IMG/VR virus record: IMGVR_UViG_2740892229_000020
Reading direction: 5' to 3' (one strand)
Source: a virus
Taxonomy: Duplodnaviria; Heunggongvirae; Uroviricota; Caudoviricetes
DNA length: 15,728 nt
The translations under genes were made by a program, and so were the position numbers. The notes beneath the pieces are model-generated. The model ran no database searches, was not told the DNA's origin, and was given only the letters and a program-made list of their open reading frames with translations. Positions 1-6,592 of this stretch are shown piece after piece; positions within the stretch are counted from its first letter, which is position 1, and every line of letters starts with the position of its first letter.

Positions 1-744
1 CATGTCGCGGTGGTTACGTCCGTCACGTTCACGCATCAGGCGGATATCGTTAGCCCACCCTGCAAAATTCGGTTTTCTGGCTGAGGGCGCGATGGTCTTC
101 ACCATGTCAAACATCCACTCTGCGGCGGTCAGGTCTTCTGCTGTCCCCCACTTGCTGCCGCTCTGAATTGCAGCATCTGGTTTCACCACAGGAAGATCGT
201 TTTCTGGTTGGTCAGAGGATTCGCCAGAATTCTCGGACGAAAAAGGTTTTATATTGTCTTTTGTTAGTTTGTCTTTTGTGTTTACCTGATTCGGGTAAAC
301 GCCTTTACCTGATTTGGGTAAACTTTTCTTACCTGATTCAGGTAAATTTACCTCTTTCAGGTAAACTTTATTTTTCTTACCTGATTCGGGTAATGTTGCC
401 CATTCACTGACCACATTATTAATACCGATATTCCGCCCGCTCTGAATCAAAATCCCACGCTTTACCAGAACACTTTTTGCAGCAGAACACTTGTGCGGCA
501 ATATCCCGGTCAATTCGGACAGTTGCTCGTTGCTCACCCAATCCAGTTTTTTATTAAAGCCATATGTTTTGCGCATGACAGCCAGGAAGACCAGAAGCTG
601 GTGCTGTGTTAATCCGGCCAGCATCACAGCTTCCAGCAACTCATTTGCAATGCGCGTATAACCATCATCGAGATCTGCCACGCGCGGCTCCTTTTGTGCC
701 GCATCCGGCACTGGAAAATTGAATATCTCAGCAGTGTTTGCCAT
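1..744 (-). CDS. Replication initiator, lambda O-like (partial: start codon at 742-744, frame runs off the window start)
   Basis: Minus-strand frame from the ATG (complement of 742-744) stays open to position 1. Translation begins MANTAEIFNFPVPDAAQKEPRVADLDDGYTRIANELLEAVMLAGLTQHQLLVFLAVMRKTYGFNKKLDWVSNEQLSELTG..., which resembles the N-terminal domain of lambdoid O proteins. The ori iterons lie inside the frame, and the gene follows the cro/cII-like genes on the same strand. Confidence 0.7.
   Translation of the reverse strand, partial: MANTAEIFNFPVPDAAQKEPRVADLDDGYTRIANELLEAVMLAGLTQHQLLVFLAVMRKTYGFNKKLDWVSNEQLSELTGILPHKCSAAKSVLVKRGILIQSGRNIGINNVVSEWATLPESGKKNKVYLKEVNLPESGKKSLPKSGKGVYPNQVNTKDKLTKDNIKPFSSENSGESSDQPENDLPVVKPDAAIQSGSKWGTAEDLTAAEWMFDMVKTIAPSARKPNFAGWANDIRLMRERDGRNHRDM
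282..394. repeat. Replication-origin iterons: five ~19-bp repeats, each with internal dyad symmetry (TTACC-N8/9-GGTAA), flanked by an AT-rich tract at 240..281
   Basis: Seen directly: TTACCTGATTCGGGTAAAC (282-300), TTACCTGATTTGGGTAAAC (305-323), TTACCTGATTCAGGTAAAT (329-347), TTACCTCTTTCAGGTAAAC (348-366), TTACCTGATTCGGGTAAT (377-394). The layout (iterons inside the initiator gene, AT-rich region alongside) matches lambda ori inside O. Confidence 0.75.
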
Positions 745-830
745 AATTCCTCCCGCAATGAGTGTGTTACGATTTGCACCTGAAAGTCGGTTCTGTTCCC
801 GCAGACCGACTTTCGCCATTTCTGAACCTG

Positions 831-1376
831 TCATATTGCCCCCAGCATGGTGGTCACCATCGCCATTAATGGACCAGCCAAATCCGGGTCCACACGAAAC
901 ATCGACACAATGCCTTCACTCATCTCCTTCAGTTTCTGGTGGCGTGGTGCGTTGAGAATGACAGCCTGTTTTGCCTCACTGAGTTCCTTTTCCATTTCAG
1001 CCAGCCGAGCCATGAAGCTATCCTGCTCAACCAGGTGGCCGCGATATTTCAGCGGTAGTACTGCCAGAATTGCTGGAGTCAGTTCACGCACGTTATTTCG
1101 GTATTTTTCAGAATCGAATTTGTTATCGAGAAAGCGGAACAGCTTCTGGCGTGCACGACTGACATCATCAGGAAAATCGATAGTGCCGCCGCCCTGTGCT
1201 CGATACTCATTCACAATGAGTGCGGCAACGACATCCTGATTATCTACAGCCGACCAGGCGCGGATGGCATCACGGATTTTTTCGTGGCCTGGCACCTGTT
1301 TTATTTGAGAACGATTTATCACCGCAGTCGGGATAAATCCGCTAGTCTGTTGGTATGTAAGTGGTTGCATAGTCAT
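831..1376 (-). CDS. cII-position regulator, YdaT-family-like protein (181 aa)
   Basis: Complete ORF between the cro-like gene and the O-like gene on the same strand. The product has a QGGG motif and a TPAILAVLPLKYR segment that I recall from YdaT-type proteins of Rac-like immunity regions; family call is from memory. An alternative start two codons in (ATG at 1368-1370) has better Shine-Dalgarno spacing. Confidence 0.55.
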   Translation of the reverse strand: MTMQPLTYQQTSGFIPTAVINRSQIKQVPGHEKIRDAIRAWSAVDNQDVVAALIVNEYRAQGGGTIDFPDDVSRARQKLFRFLDNKFDSEKYRNNVRELTPAILAVLPLKYRGHLVEQDSFMARLAEMEKELSEAKQAVILNAPRHQKLKEMSEGIVSMFRVDPDLAGPLMAMVTTMLGAI

Positions 1377-1400
1377 TGCCTTATCAGTTAACGCCGCAGT

Positions 1401-1628
1401 TTAGGCGGCAGAATTACTCGCGTTAAACAATGGTGCGAGGTCGGGACGAATATCTGCTGGTTTAATCTTTCCACCAGTGGCTGAGACAATTTTCATTACA
1501 TAGCGGGCATCAATTCCGCCACCGTGTAGCCAACGCCAAACAGTGGGTTGGGCTACACCGCATAGATCTGCCAGTCGTTTTTGACTACCTGTAATACTGA
1601 TTGCGAGTTGAATGGTTTGATTTGTCAT
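1401..1628 (-). CDS. Cro-like HTH regulator (YdaS/Cro family), ~75 aa
   Basis: Small HTH protein (…QKRLADLCGVAQPTVWRWLHGGG… ATGGKIKPADIRPDL) divergent from the repressor gene. The ORF track starts at a TTG (1634); the ATG at 1626-1628 is preceded by an AGGA Shine-Dalgarno with 7-nt spacing, so I place the start there. Confidence 0.75.
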   Translation of the reverse strand: MTNQTIQLAISITGSQKRLADLCGVAQPTVWRWLHGGGIDARYVMKIVSATGGKIKPADIRPDLAPLFNASNSAA

Positions 1629-1738
1629 TATCAATTCCTATTGGTATTGCAATGAATGAATAATAGCAATGCGTATTAATCCAAGCAATAGCAAAACATG
1701 TTTTGACCATCAATACGCAAGCGTATAAATTAAAACTT
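1629..1738. promoter_or_regulatory. OR-like divergent promoter/operator region between cro-like and CI-like genes
   Basis: About 110 bp of AT-rich intergenic sequence between divergent regulator genes. Contains the palindrome ATTGCAAT (1644-1651), repeated AATAGCAA(T) motifs (1662-1670, 1687-1694) and a plus-strand TTGACC (1704-1709) … TATAAA (1724-1729) pair with a short 14-bp spacer, just upstream of the repressor start. Promoter assignments are tentative. Confidence 0.45.
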
Positions 1739-2431
1739 ATGAAAAAAGAAACTCTTGCTGATCGCTTAAACCTAGCGATGGAACAATCTGGAATGTCTCA
1801 AGGCGCTCTTGCAAAGGCGTCTGGCGTAGCTCAACCCACAATCTGGAGACTGACAAGCGGCAACGCGCGCGGCTCAACAAAAATTGTTGAAATAGCTAAT
1901 GCATTGGGTGTTCGAACAGAATGGCTCTCATCAGGCATAGGCCCGATGAGAAATGACGGTCAACAATCAGGGAAGCCTGCTGTCAGCCATTCCAAATACT
2001 TCAAAATTGACGTTCTTGATATAGAAGTCAGTGCCGGGCCGGGTGTAATCAACCGTGAGTTTGTAGAAGTTCTACGCTCGGTTGAGTACTCGTTTGACGA
2101 TGCTCGTCACATGTTCGATGGCAGGAAGGCGGAAAATATCCGCATCATTAACGTGCGTGGTGACAGCATGTCAGGAACGATCGAACCAGGTGATCTGCTG
2201 TTCGTTGATATCACGGTTAAATCTTTCGACGGTGATGGTATCTATGCGTTTCTGTACGACGACACAGCCCATGTAAAGCGCCTGCAAATGATGAAAGATA
2301 AGCTACTGGTTATCTCTGATAACAAGAGCTACTCACCGTGGGACCCGATCGAGAAAGACGAGATGAACCGGGTGTTCATCTTCGGTAAGGTTATTGGGAG
2401 CATGCCGCAGACGTACAGGAAGCATGGTTAA
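1703..2431 (+). CDS. CI-type prophage repressor (N-terminal HTH, C-terminal LexA-like S24 peptidase domain)
   Basis: HTH segment MSQGALAKASGVAQPTIWRL; Ala-Gly autocleavage-like site (EVSAGPG); catalytic Ser in RGDSMSGTIEPGD and Lys in AHVKRL. Divergent from the cro-like gene. An alternative start at ATG 1739 (MKKETLADRL…) is possible; neither start has a strong Shine-Dalgarno, which would fit a leaderless transcript as for lambda cI. Confidence 0.85.
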   Translation: MTINTQAYKLKLMKKETLADRLNLAMEQSGMSQGALAKASGVAQPTIWRLTSGNARGSTKIVEIANALGVRTEWLSSGIGPMRNDGQQSGKPAVSHSKYFKIDVLDIEVSAGPGVINREFVEVLRSVEYSFDDARHMFDGRKAENIRIINVRGDSMSGTIEPGDLLFVDITVKSFDGDGIYAFLYDDTAHVKRLQMMKDKLLVISDNKSYSPWDPIEKDEMNRVFIFGKVIGSMPQTYRKHG

Positions 2432-2512
2432 TAATTAGCCTGTAGCTTTTTAAGGCACACTCTTTTCAAGAATATTAAATAGAACGCTATATGGCATAAA
2501 CAAGGACTTAGG

Positions 2513-2986
2513 ATGGAAAAGCCTAGCTTCCCACCTCTTCTTACAGCAGGATTTCATGATATGGATAGTGATGGCATCAAGTCTCTTTGTGTCGACACCT
2601 TCCCAAAATCCGTTAGAAGAAGTATGCTATACTGTAATTTTATACAGCTTATTGAGCAATTTAAACTTGTTAATCAGCAGTGTCTATGTTTCTCTGAAGT
2701 GTGGATCGATGGTTCATTCACTACAGAGAAACCTGAACCTGATGACATAGATATACTCGTGGTCGTCGATTATTTGGCCCTAAACTCTTTGCCAAACACG
2801 CTGATGCCATTGGTTAGCTCATTGTTAAATAGAGATTTTATTAAAGAAAACTACAGCATTGACGTTCTTTTGCTGCCTGAAAATCATCCAGAAATCGATT
2901 ATAGTGAAAGGCGAAGTTACTGGAGAGGGTGGTTTGGTTTTGATCGGAAGGAGAATCCTAAAGGCCTCGTGAGGGTAATGTTATGA
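2513..2986 (+). CDS. Small predicted nucleotidyltransferase-fold protein (157 aa), first gene of an AT-rich two-gene module at the rexAB-equivalent position
   Basis: Complete ORF with a Shine-Dalgarno-like AAGGA upstream. Contains a GS-x10-DxD motif (WIDGSFTTEKPEPDDIDILVVVD) characteristic of Pol-beta-type/minimal nucleotidyltransferases. Noticeably AT-rich compared with flanking phage genes. The fold call is from motif inspection only. Confidence 0.6.
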   Translation: MEKPSFPPLLTAGFHDMDSDGIKSLCVDTFPKSVRRSMLYCNFIQLIEQFKLVNQQCLCFSEVWIDGSFTTEKPEPDDIDILVVVDYLALNSLPNTLMPLVSSLLNRDFIKENYSIDVLLLPENHPEIDYSERRSYWRGWFGFDRKENPKGLVRVML

Positions 2987-3915
2987 GCGAAGAAAAAACA
3001 TTCAACTCCCTCAAGGAGCGAATTGCGTTCATTCAACGCGATGTGGATCTGCTTGCTCAAAATAAGGGGAGATCATTTGCTGATGACATTATATTTAGAT
3101 CACTTGACTCCCATCTGAGCGATCTCCGAGAGAGACAACGTGCAATCGATAACCAACATCCTTTACGTGATTTCATGGAGTTGAGATTAAAAGGTGTTTT
3201 GGTCGATTTCGGGTCTATTCCGTTAGATATTCTATCTGTAATTTCAGGTAATCTCGCATCCCTTGTACAGAAAGCAGTTTACCGACTTGGATCTGGGAAA
3301 GATTCTAGTCGTGTGCCGATTGATGTTAAAAAATCATTAGACATGAGATTGGCAGACTTGCGTCCAGGTTCGACGAAGTTAGGTGTTACTTTTTCTACTG
3401 GTTCTTGCGAGCTCATCGAAACAGTATCCAGTCATGCTGTTAAGGAGATTTTTGCACTACTCTCATCCATTGATGAAGAAACATTCACGGCTAAAATTGC
3501 CGAAATTGGTTCGCAATCAACAGCTAACCTAAAAAACATCATAAATGAGTGCGAAAAATATAGTCTTAACTTTGATCTTACTTGGATTGGACCTTTAAGT
3601 GATGGTACCAGACAAGTGTCAATTTCTTCAGAAGATATAAAAAAACTGAATGCTCGCTTAGCTTTAACGAAGGTCATTCAGCTACCGGATGAGCATATAT
3701 CAGGCGAACTTGCTATTTTATCCATGTACGGGAAATTGGAGATTGCAAGCGAGCTTGGAAAAATAAAGGCTTCTTATCCGATTGATATGTTAGGAGAAAT
3801 TCAAAGTAAATATAAAGTTGGTGAACGAATATCGCTCGTAGTAAGCGTTTCTGAGATTCACAATGAAAGATTAGGAACATCACGACGTAACTACATGGTT
3901 AAAAAAATCGAATAG
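2983..3915 (+). CDS. Hypothetical protein (310 aa), second gene of the two-gene module; function unknown
   Basis: Start ATG overlaps the stop of the upstream gene (ATGA at 2983-2986), with GAGGG 9 nt upstream, indicating translational coupling. AT-rich. Followed by a strong intrinsic terminator. No catalytic motif recognised; contains RSLDSH (an Rx4H pattern) that is not diagnostic on its own. Confidence 0.7.
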   Translation: MSEEKTFNSLKERIAFIQRDVDLLAQNKGRSFADDIIFRSLDSHLSDLRERQRAIDNQHPLRDFMELRLKGVLVDFGSIPLDILSVISGNLASLVQKAVYRLGSGKDSSRVPIDVKKSLDMRLADLRPGSTKLGVTFSTGSCELIETVSSHAVKEIFALLSSIDEETFTAKIAEIGSQSTANLKNIINECEKYSLNFDLTWIGPLSDGTRQVSISSEDIKKLNARLALTKVIQLPDEHISGELAILSMYGKLEIASELGKIKASYPIDMLGEIQSKYKVGERISLVVSVSEIHNERLGTSRRNYMVKKIE

Positions 3916-3923
3916 TGATGCTA

Positions 3924-3950
3924 CCCGGCCACCGTGCCGGGTTTTCTTTT
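3924..3950 (+). terminator. Rho-independent terminator closing the CI / two-gene operon
   Basis: 6-bp GC stem CCCGGC (3924-3929) / GCCGGG (3936-3941), loop CACCGT, followed by TTTTCTTTT (3942-3950). Confidence 0.65.
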
Positions 3951-4077
3951 GCCTCCCCCTCATCACACAAACCGTTCGAAAAACCACCATAACCCCCGCT
4001 TCAGTTATCGCTATGCGATGCAAGTCACAAAATTAATTCTTTTTGCTATCAAACATTTAATATCAAAACACATCAGC

Positions 4078-4130
4078 CAATAGCGATAAGTATTGATATC
4101 ACCAATAGCAATAGCTATTATCACCATATC
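4078..4130 (+). promoter_or_regulatory. pL-like early-left promoter with candidate operator repeats
   Basis: TTGATA (4093-4098), 17-bp spacer, TATTAT (4116-4121) on the plus strand. Overlapped by a direct repeat of TATCACC (4097-4103, 4119-4125), AATAGC repeats (4079-4084, 4104-4109, 4110-4115) and the palindrome AATAGCTATT (4110-4119). The AATAGC motif is shared with the OR-like region. Confidence 0.45.
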
Positions 4131-4194
4131 GCAACAACACAACGATACGGCAACCACCTGATTCACCGTTGCGATGACCGCTTAGATCCGCAGC

Positions 4195-4434
4195 TTGAAT
4201 TTCAGCAGGCTCCGGGGAGTGCGAGGGGTGAAGCGGACGCGTGAACGTCGGTGTGACCAGCTGAAATCAACTCAACACTTCATACCTCAGTCGCTTCAAC
4301 GAGGCGACTTAGTTATGACAACCGGCGGCCATCCACCGCCTGAATACGCGCAGAAGTCTCAATATGTTCAGCAGCCCAGCTTACGGGCAGGAGTTTTTTA
4401 TGGTTCATCAACATTACGGAACGCAGACCGTTAA
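4195..4434 (+). CDS. Possible small arginine-rich protein (79 aa); weak candidate for an N-like factor, uncertain
   Basis: ORF begins just downstream of the pL-like promoter with an Arg-rich N-terminus (RLRGVRGVKRTRERR). No convincing Shine-Dalgarno; overlaps the next ORF by 35 nt. Not similar to lambda N as far as I can recall. Confidence 0.2.
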   Translation: MNFSRLRGVRGVKRTRERRCDQLKSTQHFIPQSLQRGDLVMTTGGHPPPEYAQKSQYVQQPSLRAGVFYGSSTLRNADR

Positions 4435-4606
4435 TCGAGGTGCGGTCATGCCAGGAATGCTGGTCAAACACAAAGATGGTACCTGGACTGCATCAGCTAA
4501 TTTACGCGGACGGCTTTATCTGCATCGCGGCATCGAGCGCACTTATACCCGTGATTTGCTCGTAGAAGTTTTTCTCGACGGACGCGGTAACGGCCTGAAT
4601 CACTAA
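4400..4606 (+). CDS. Hypothetical protein (68 aa) occupying the kil position immediately upstream of gam in this segment
   Basis: ATG at 4400 is preceded by AGGAG (4389-4393) with 6-nt spacing. Stop at 4604-4606 falls exactly where homology to the kil-gam junction of the other copy (5516-5518) begins. Confidence 0.45.
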   Translation: MVHQHYGTQTVNRGAVMPGMLVKHKDGTWTASANLRGRLYLHRGIERTYTRDLLVEVFLDGRGNGLNH

Positions 4607-4681
4607 TCCCCTTTCCTGTTTTCCTAATCAGCCTGGCATTTCGCGGGCGATATTTTCACAGCCATTTTCAGGAGTTCAGCC

Positions 4682-4882
4682 ATGAACGCTTATTACATTC
4701 AGGATCGTCTTGAGGCTCAGAGCTGGGCACGTCACTACCAGCAGATCGCCCGTGAAGAGAAAGAGGCAGAACTGGCAGACGACATGGAAAAAGGCCTGCC
4801 CCAGCACCTGTTTGAATCGCTATGCATCGATCATTTGCAACGCCACGGGGCCAGCAAAAAAGCCATTACCCGTGCGTTTGAT
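4682..4882 (+). CDS. gam: Gam (host RecBCD inhibitor), 5' portion, truncated by the N run at 4883
   Basis: [67 protein letters not shown]… matches lambda Gam. A second allele of the same sequence, differing by a few synonymous substitutions, is at 5594..5890. Confidence 0.8.
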
Positions 4883-4892
4883 NNNNNNNNNN
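4883..4892. other. Run of 10 N (assembly gap or masked junction)
   Basis: Exactly 10 ambiguous bases; the following 104 bp (4893-4996) are a near-copy of 5007-5110. Confidence 0.95.
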
Positions 4893-4996
4893 AAGCGACT
4901 TAAATGCATATGGTGTTGTGTGTGAGTTCGACTGGAATGATGGAAATGGTCAGGAAGGATGGCCTCCAATGGATGGTAGCGAAGGAATAAGAATTA

Positions 4997-5006
4997 NNNN
5001 NNNNNN
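4997..5006. other. Run of 10 N (assembly gap or masked junction)
   Basis: Exactly 10 ambiguous bases between two near-identical copies of the same coding fragment. Confidence 0.95.
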
Positions 5007-5007
5007 G

Positions 5008-5169
5008 AAAGACTTAAATGCATATGGTGTTGTTTGTGAGTTCGACTGGGATGATGGAAATGGTCAGGAAGGATGGCCTCCAATGGATGGTAGCGAAGGA
5101 ATAAGAATTACCAATATCGATACATCAGGAATATTTGATCCAGATGATATGACTATCAAAGCCGCCTGA
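5008..5169 (+). CDS. 3' end of a hypothetical early-left gene upstream of cIII (possibly ea10-like), truncated at its 5' end by the N run
   Basis: Open frame …KDLNAYGVVCEFDWDDGNGQEGWPPMDGSEGIRITNIDTSGIFDPDDMTIKAA ending at TGA 5167-5169. The same frame is present in the 104-bp fragment at 4894-4996 with a few substitutions. The ea10 assignment is positional only. Confidence 0.4.
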   Translation, partial: KDLNAYGVVCEFDWDDGNGQEGWPPMDGSEGIRITNIDTSGIFDPDDMTIKAA

Positions 5170-5241
5170 GCGCGGCGTTACCGCATACCAATAACGCTTC
5201 ACTCGAGGCGTTTTTCGTTATGTATAAATAAGGAGCACACC

Positions 5242-5406
5242 ATGCAATATGCCATTGCAGGGTGGCCTGTTGCTGGCTGCCCTTCCGAATCTTTACTTGA
5301 ACGAATCACCCGTAAATTACGTGACGGATGGAAACGCCTTATCGACATACTTAATCAGCCAGGAGTCCCGAAAAATGGATCAAACAATTATGGCTATCCA
5401 GACTAA
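5242..5406 (+). CDS. cIII: CIII (protects CII by inhibiting FtsH), 54 aa
   Basis: AGGAG 7 nt upstream of ATG 5242; translation [54 protein letters not shown], near-identical to lambda CIII as I recall it. Shorter than the ORF-track cutoff, so it is not in the track. Confidence 0.85.
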   Translation: MQYAIAGWPVAGCPSESLLERITRKLRDGWKRLIDILNQPGVPKNGSNNYGYPD

Positions 5407-5518
5407 ATTCACTATCGCCACTTTTATTGGCGATGAAAAGATGTTTCGTGAGGCCGTCGACGCTTATAAAAAATGGATATTAATACTGAAACTGAGATCA
5501 AGCAAAAGCATTCACTAA
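5375..5518 (+). CDS. kil: Kil (host cell-division inhibitor), 47 aa
   Basis: ATG 5375 with AGGAG at 5361-5365; [47 protein letters not shown] matches lambda Kil. Overlaps the cIII 3' end in a different frame, as in lambda. Confidence 0.8.
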   Translation: MDQTIMAIQTKFTIATFIGDEKMFREAVDAYKKWILILKLRSSKSIH

Positions 5519-5593
5519 CCCCCTTTCCTGTTTTCCTAATCAGCCTGGCATTTCGCGGGCGATATTTTCACAGCCATTTTCAGGAGTTCAGCC

Positions 5594-5890
5594 ATGAACG
5601 CTTATTACATTCAGGATCGTCTTGAGGCTCAGAGCTGGGCACGTCACTACCAGCAGATCGCCCGTGAAGAGAAAGAGGCAGAACTGGCAGACGACATGGA
5701 AAAAGGTCTTCCACAGCACCTGTTTGAATCACTCTGCATCGATCATTTGCAACGCCACGGGGCCAGCAAAAAAGCCATTACCCGTGCGTTTGATGACGAT
5801 GTTGAGTTTCAGGAGCGCATGGCAGAACACATCCGGTACATGGTTGAAACCATTGCTCACCACCAGGTTGATATTGATTCAGAGGTATAA
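5594..5890 (+). CDS. gam: Gam (RecBCD inhibitor), 98-aa short form
   Basis: Complete ORF whose translation matches lambda Gam; sits directly upstream of bet. Confidence 0.9.
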   Translation: MNAYYIQDRLEAQSWARHYQQIAREEKEAELADDMEKGLPQHLFESLCIDHLQRHGASKKAITRAFDDDVEFQERMAEHIRYMVETIAHHQVDIDSEV

Positions 5891-5895
5891 AACGG

Positions 5896-6501
5896 ATGAG
5901 TACAGCACTAGCAACGCTGGCAGGGAAGCTGGCTGAACGTGTCGGCATGGATTCTGTCGACCCACAGGAACTGATCACCACTCTTCGCCAGACGGCATTT
6001 AAAGGTGATGCCAGCGATGCGCAGTTCATCGCATTACTGATCGTTGCCAACCAGTACGGCCTTAATCCGTGGACGAAAGAAATTTACGCCTTTCCTGATA
6101 AGCAGAATGGCATCGTTCCGGTGGTGGGCGTTGATGGCTGGTCCCGCATCATCAATGAAAACCAGCAGTTTGATGGCATGGACTTTGAGCAGGACAATGA
6201 ATCCTGTACATGCCGGATTTACCGCAAGGACCGTAATCATCCGATCTGCGTTACCGAGTGGATGGATGAATGCCGTCGCGAACCATTCAAAACCCGCGAA
6301 GGCAGAGAAATTACGGGGCCGTGGCAGTCGCATCCCAAACGGATGTTACGGCATAAAGCCATGATTCAGTGTGCCCGTCTGGCCTTCGGATTTGCGGGTA
6401 TCTATGACAAGGATGAAGCCGAGCGCATTGTCGAAAATACCGCATACACTGCAGAACGTCAGCCGGAACGCGACATCACTCCGGTTAACGATGAAACCAT
6501 G
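5896..6501 (+). CDS. bet: Bet (Red-beta single-strand annealing protein), copy 1, 3'-truncated by the N run at 6502
   Basis: MSTALATLAGKLAERVGMDSVDPQELITTLRQTAFKGDASDAQFIALLIVANQYGLNPWTKEIYAFPDKQNG… matches lambda Bet. The frame continues to the N run. Confidence 0.85.
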
Positions 6502-6511
6502 NNNNNNNNNN
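6502..6511. other. Run of 10 N (assembly gap or masked junction)
   Basis: Sequence after the run restarts inside the gam 3' end and repeats bet with substitutions. Confidence 0.95.
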
Positions 6512-6512
6512 A

Positions 6513-6587
6513 CGCATGGCAGAACACATCCGGTACATGGTTGAAACTATTGCCCGCCACCAGGTTGATATTGATTCAGAGGTATAA
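6513..6587 (+). CDS. gam: Gam 3'-terminal fragment (second allele; redundant with 5816-5890)
   Basis: Frame [24 protein letters not shown] ending at TAA 6585-6587; differs from copy 1 (ETIAHHQ) by substitution. Confidence 0.5.
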   Translation, partial: RMAEHIRYMVETIARHQVDIDSEV

Positions 6588-6592
6588 AACGG

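Noticed and set aside
282-394. Possibility that the short direct repeats are a CRISPR array
   Set aside because: The repeats are only ~19 bp, imperfect, each internally palindromic, unevenly spaced with very short 'spacers', embedded in a coding sequence, and no cas genes are present. They fit replication-origin iterons instead.
168-410. Plus-strand 80-aa ORF spanning the iteron region, and the plus-strand ORFs 719..955 and 847..1239
   Set aside because: They are antisense to the O-like and cII-position genes. The 168..410 product is a translation of the iterons and AT-rich tract (repetitive LLL/CLL), not a credible protein.
2082-2750. Small alternative-frame ORFs 2082..2276 and 2556..2750
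   Set aside because: They are embedded in the CI repressor gene and the nucleotidyltransferase-like gene, respectively, in other frames, with no independent support.
3432-3677. Minus-strand 81-aa ORF inside the 310-aa gene
   Set aside because: It is antisense to the longer, translationally coupled plus-strand gene; the AT-rich sequence readily produces spurious short antisense frames.
4710-5936. Alternative-frame plus-strand ORFs 4710..4925 and 5622..5936 overlapping gam
   Set aside because: They are out of frame with the confidently identified gam, whose translation matches lambda Gam; their products are arginine/lysine-rich, as expected for off-frame reads.
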